Below, one piece after another: positions 61,436-64,000 of a DNA stretch of 64,000 nt. The notes below the pieces were generated by a model, which was not told the origin of the DNA, did not search any database, and saw only the letters and a program-made list of their open reading frames with translations. Position 1 is the stretch's first letter. Every line of letters starts with the position of its first letter. The position numbers and the translations under genes are program-made. The DNA comes from Phyllobates terribilis (taxonomy: Eukaryota), in NCBI RefSeq assembly GCF_046119375.1, contig NW_027362765.1, positions 118,792,001-118,856,000 on the forward strand, given 5' to 3'.

Positions 61436-62995
61436 CAGTGGTGTGAAAAAGTGTTTGCCCCTTTCCTGATTTCTTATTCTTTTGCATGTTTCAGATCACT
61501 AAACAAATTTAAATATTTGACAAAGATGACACAAGTAATCACAGAATGCAGTTTTTAAATGGAGGTCTTAATTATTAAGGGAAAAATAAATCCTAACCTA
61601 CAGAGCCGTGTTAAAAGTGACCCCCCCCCCTACCCCCCTTAAAACATAAATGAACTGGTTTATCTTTGGGAAGCTGAGTTTAATTTCCCTAGCCACACAG
61701 AAGCCTGCTTAGTGCCACTCCTGTTCTCATTAATTCACTTAAATAGGACCTCCCTGACAAAGTGGAGTAGACCAAAAGATCCTCAAAAGCTAGACATCAT
61801 GCGGCTATCCAAAGAAATTCAGGAACAAATGCAAAACAAAGTAATTGAGATCTATCAGTCTGGAAAAGGTTATAAAGCCATTTCTAAAGCTTTGGGACTT
61901 CAGCTAACCACAGTGAGAGCCATTATCCACAAGTGACAAAAACACGGTACAGTGGTGAACCTTCCCAGGAGTGGCCGGCTGACCAAAATTACCCCAGAGC
62001 GTAACGATAACTCATCCAAGAGGTCACAAAAGACCCTACAACAGAATCCAAAGAACTGCAGTTCTCACTTGCCTCAGTTAAGATCAGTGTTCATGACTCC
62101 AGCATAAGAAAGAGACTGGGCAAAAATGGCATGCATGGCAGAGTTCCAAGATGAAAACCACTGTTGAGAAAAAAGAACATAAAGGCTCGTCTCAATTTTG
62201 ACAGAAAACATCTTGATGATCGCCAAGACTTTTAGGAGAATACTCTGGACTGACTAGACAAAAGTTGGAACTTTTTGGAAGGTGTATGTCTCCTTACATC
62301 TGGCGTAGAAGTAACAGCATTTCAGGAAAGGAACATCATACCAACAGTAATATATGGTGGTAGTAGTGTGATGGTCTGGGGCTATTTTGCTGCTTCTGGA
62401 CCTGGAAGACTTGCTGTGGTAAATGGAACCATGAATTCTGCTGTGTACCTAAAAATCCATAAGGAGAATGTCCAGTCATCTGTTCATGTCCTCAAGCTGA
62501 AGCGCACTTGGGTTATGCAGCAGGACAATGATCCAAAACACACCAGAAAGACCACCTCTGAATGCCTTAACAACAACAAAATTAAGACTTTGGAGTGGCC
62601 CAGTCAAAGTCCTGACCTTAATCCGATTGAGATACTGTGGCATGACCTTAAAAAGGCGGTTTATGCTCTGAAACCCTCCAATGTGGCTGAATTACAACAA
62701 TTTTGCAAAGATGAGTGGGCCAAAATTTCTCCAAAGCGTTGTAAAAGACTCATTGCCAGTAGCCCAACCAGTTATTAGGTTTAAGTGGCAATCACTTTTT
62801 CACACAGGGCCCTGTAGGTTTGGATTTCTTTTCCCTTAATAATAAAGACCTTCATTTAAAAACTGCATTTTGTGTTTATTTGTGTTATCTTTGTCTAACA
62901 TTGAAATTTGTTTTGTGGTCTGAAACATTTAAGTTTGACAAACATTCAAAAGAATAAGAAATCAGGAAGGGGGCAAATACTTTTTCACACCACTG
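61436..62995 (+). mobile_element. Full-length DD34E Tc1 element, transposase with stops
   Basis: TA|CAGTGGTGTGAAAAAGTGTTTGCCCC ... GGGGCAAATACTTTTTCACACCACTG|TA; QQDNDPKH...DLNPIE. Confidence 0.92.
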
Positions 62996-63670
62996 TACAT
63001 ACTTTCAGTGAGTAAATCCGTAGCCTAGTTTTTATGAAATCATCATGAGAAGTTTTGGTCTCTGTGAATTGGGGCGGGATTGTGGGTAGGGTCTTCGGCT
63101 CTGCCATGGCCCTTCTGCTGTCTACTTCCTTATTTAAAGTCTGCGCCGGCGCCGTCCTAGACGCAGGCGGCACTTGCACAGATTGATCTCTCGATGGGCT
63201 AAAATAAAATGGCGCCGATAACGGCACATACAAGGATTGATCTTCTGGCAGTCTTTGGGAAAATATCGCCGGTGGCGGCGCATGCGAAGATTGAGATATT
63301 GGCTACATAATCCTTTTTCTTGCTGCTACAATCTTTTTTTTATCATTAAGAATTATTCTAATGTTACAAAGAGTTTTGGATCATTAACTGAGAAACTGTT
63401 GGAGGACCATATTATTACTCTTGTCAGTTATGTTGGTGTAGAAGCTTTTGGATGCGCCCAGGAAGGATAGACAGGCTACATATGCTCCTGACTTCTCCTC
63501 ATCCTTGTCCTTTGCTTTGCATGGCATCTGACTACTACTCCTATATGTTGTAGCTGCATGTAAACTAACCATATACCTATGTATACCCTACAAACACATG
63601 GTTCTTTCAGGAGGCAGAATTAAGCTTGTGACAACTCTACACAATACTATAATCCCAAGGCTTCCACCAG

Positions 63671-63895
63671 AACAGCTGAAGATCAGAGAGGGTCTCTGGG
63701 GGTGTCCTCGGACACAGGCAAAGCAAAGAAGGAGCCAAAACCTCTGATGGATGTCAAAATTCAAGAACAGAGTCCAGAGCCTGCACCATCCAAAGATTCA
63801 CCTGGACTTTGTATGGATCCATCTTCAAGTATTCTACAGGATGAACGGGAGACGAGTAAAGAAAAGAATGTACCCCCCACCGAAGAAGAAGACAG
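63671..63895 (+). CDS. MYLK2: Probable MYLK2 N-terminal low-complexity exon ending just before the kinase-proximal region
   Basis: K/E/P-rich open frame ...SSDTGKAKKEPKP...PPTEEED; donor AG|GTAATA. The EEED end resembles the human REED-C-FQILDD junction, and MYLK2 follows TPX2 in vertebrate synteny. The 5' acceptor is uncertain. Confidence 0.55.
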
Positions 63896-64000
63896 GTAAT
63901 ATTTTAGATGGTAATACTGAGAGCGATCTGTGCCGCTGGGTAATCATGGATATGAGTCTATGCCTCCAAACTAACCAGTTTTTACAGAATTGTCCCATGA

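Noticed and set aside
63611-63670. Strong acceptor at 63610 as an internal coding exon start
   Set aside because: In-frame TAA at 63621-63623; usable only as 5'UTR before an internal ATG (MDVKIQ), which cannot be resolved without transcripts.

Overview
Vertebrate genomic DNA, very likely a frog (inferred from Xenopus-like TPX2/Bcl-xL proteins and a Tc1/Kolobok/hAT/Harbinger repeat landscape). It carries the conserved synteny block COX4I2 (+, 4 coding exons, 174 aa) - BCL2L1 (-, 2 coding exons, 208 aa) - TPX2 (+, 16 coding exons, 715 aa, one GC-AG intron) - probable 5' exons of MYLK2 (+, runs out of the window). Exon models were built by hand from splice sites and phase arithmetic. The intergenic space is transposon-dense. 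The main elements are (i) a young, apparently intact 6.35-kb Ty3/Gypsy chromovirus (Sushi/Tf1-like) with 5-bp TSD, near-identical LTRs, a GGGAAAC -1 frameshift cassette and a PBS that pairs with the predicted first 10 nt of its own transcript (self-priming, no tRNA PBS); (ii) a full-length DD38E (Intruder-type) Tc1 element whose otherwise open transposase has lost its ATG through a 28-bp micro-inversion; and (iii) nested or tandem DD34E Tc1 relics, MITEs, an L2 fragment and minisatellites. No CRISPR, rRNA or tRNA genes were seen. I found no convincing wholly new biological system; the best leads are the self-priming chromovirus, the micro-inversion, a conserved Bcl-xS-type donor and a candidate acylated MYLK2 N-terminus.
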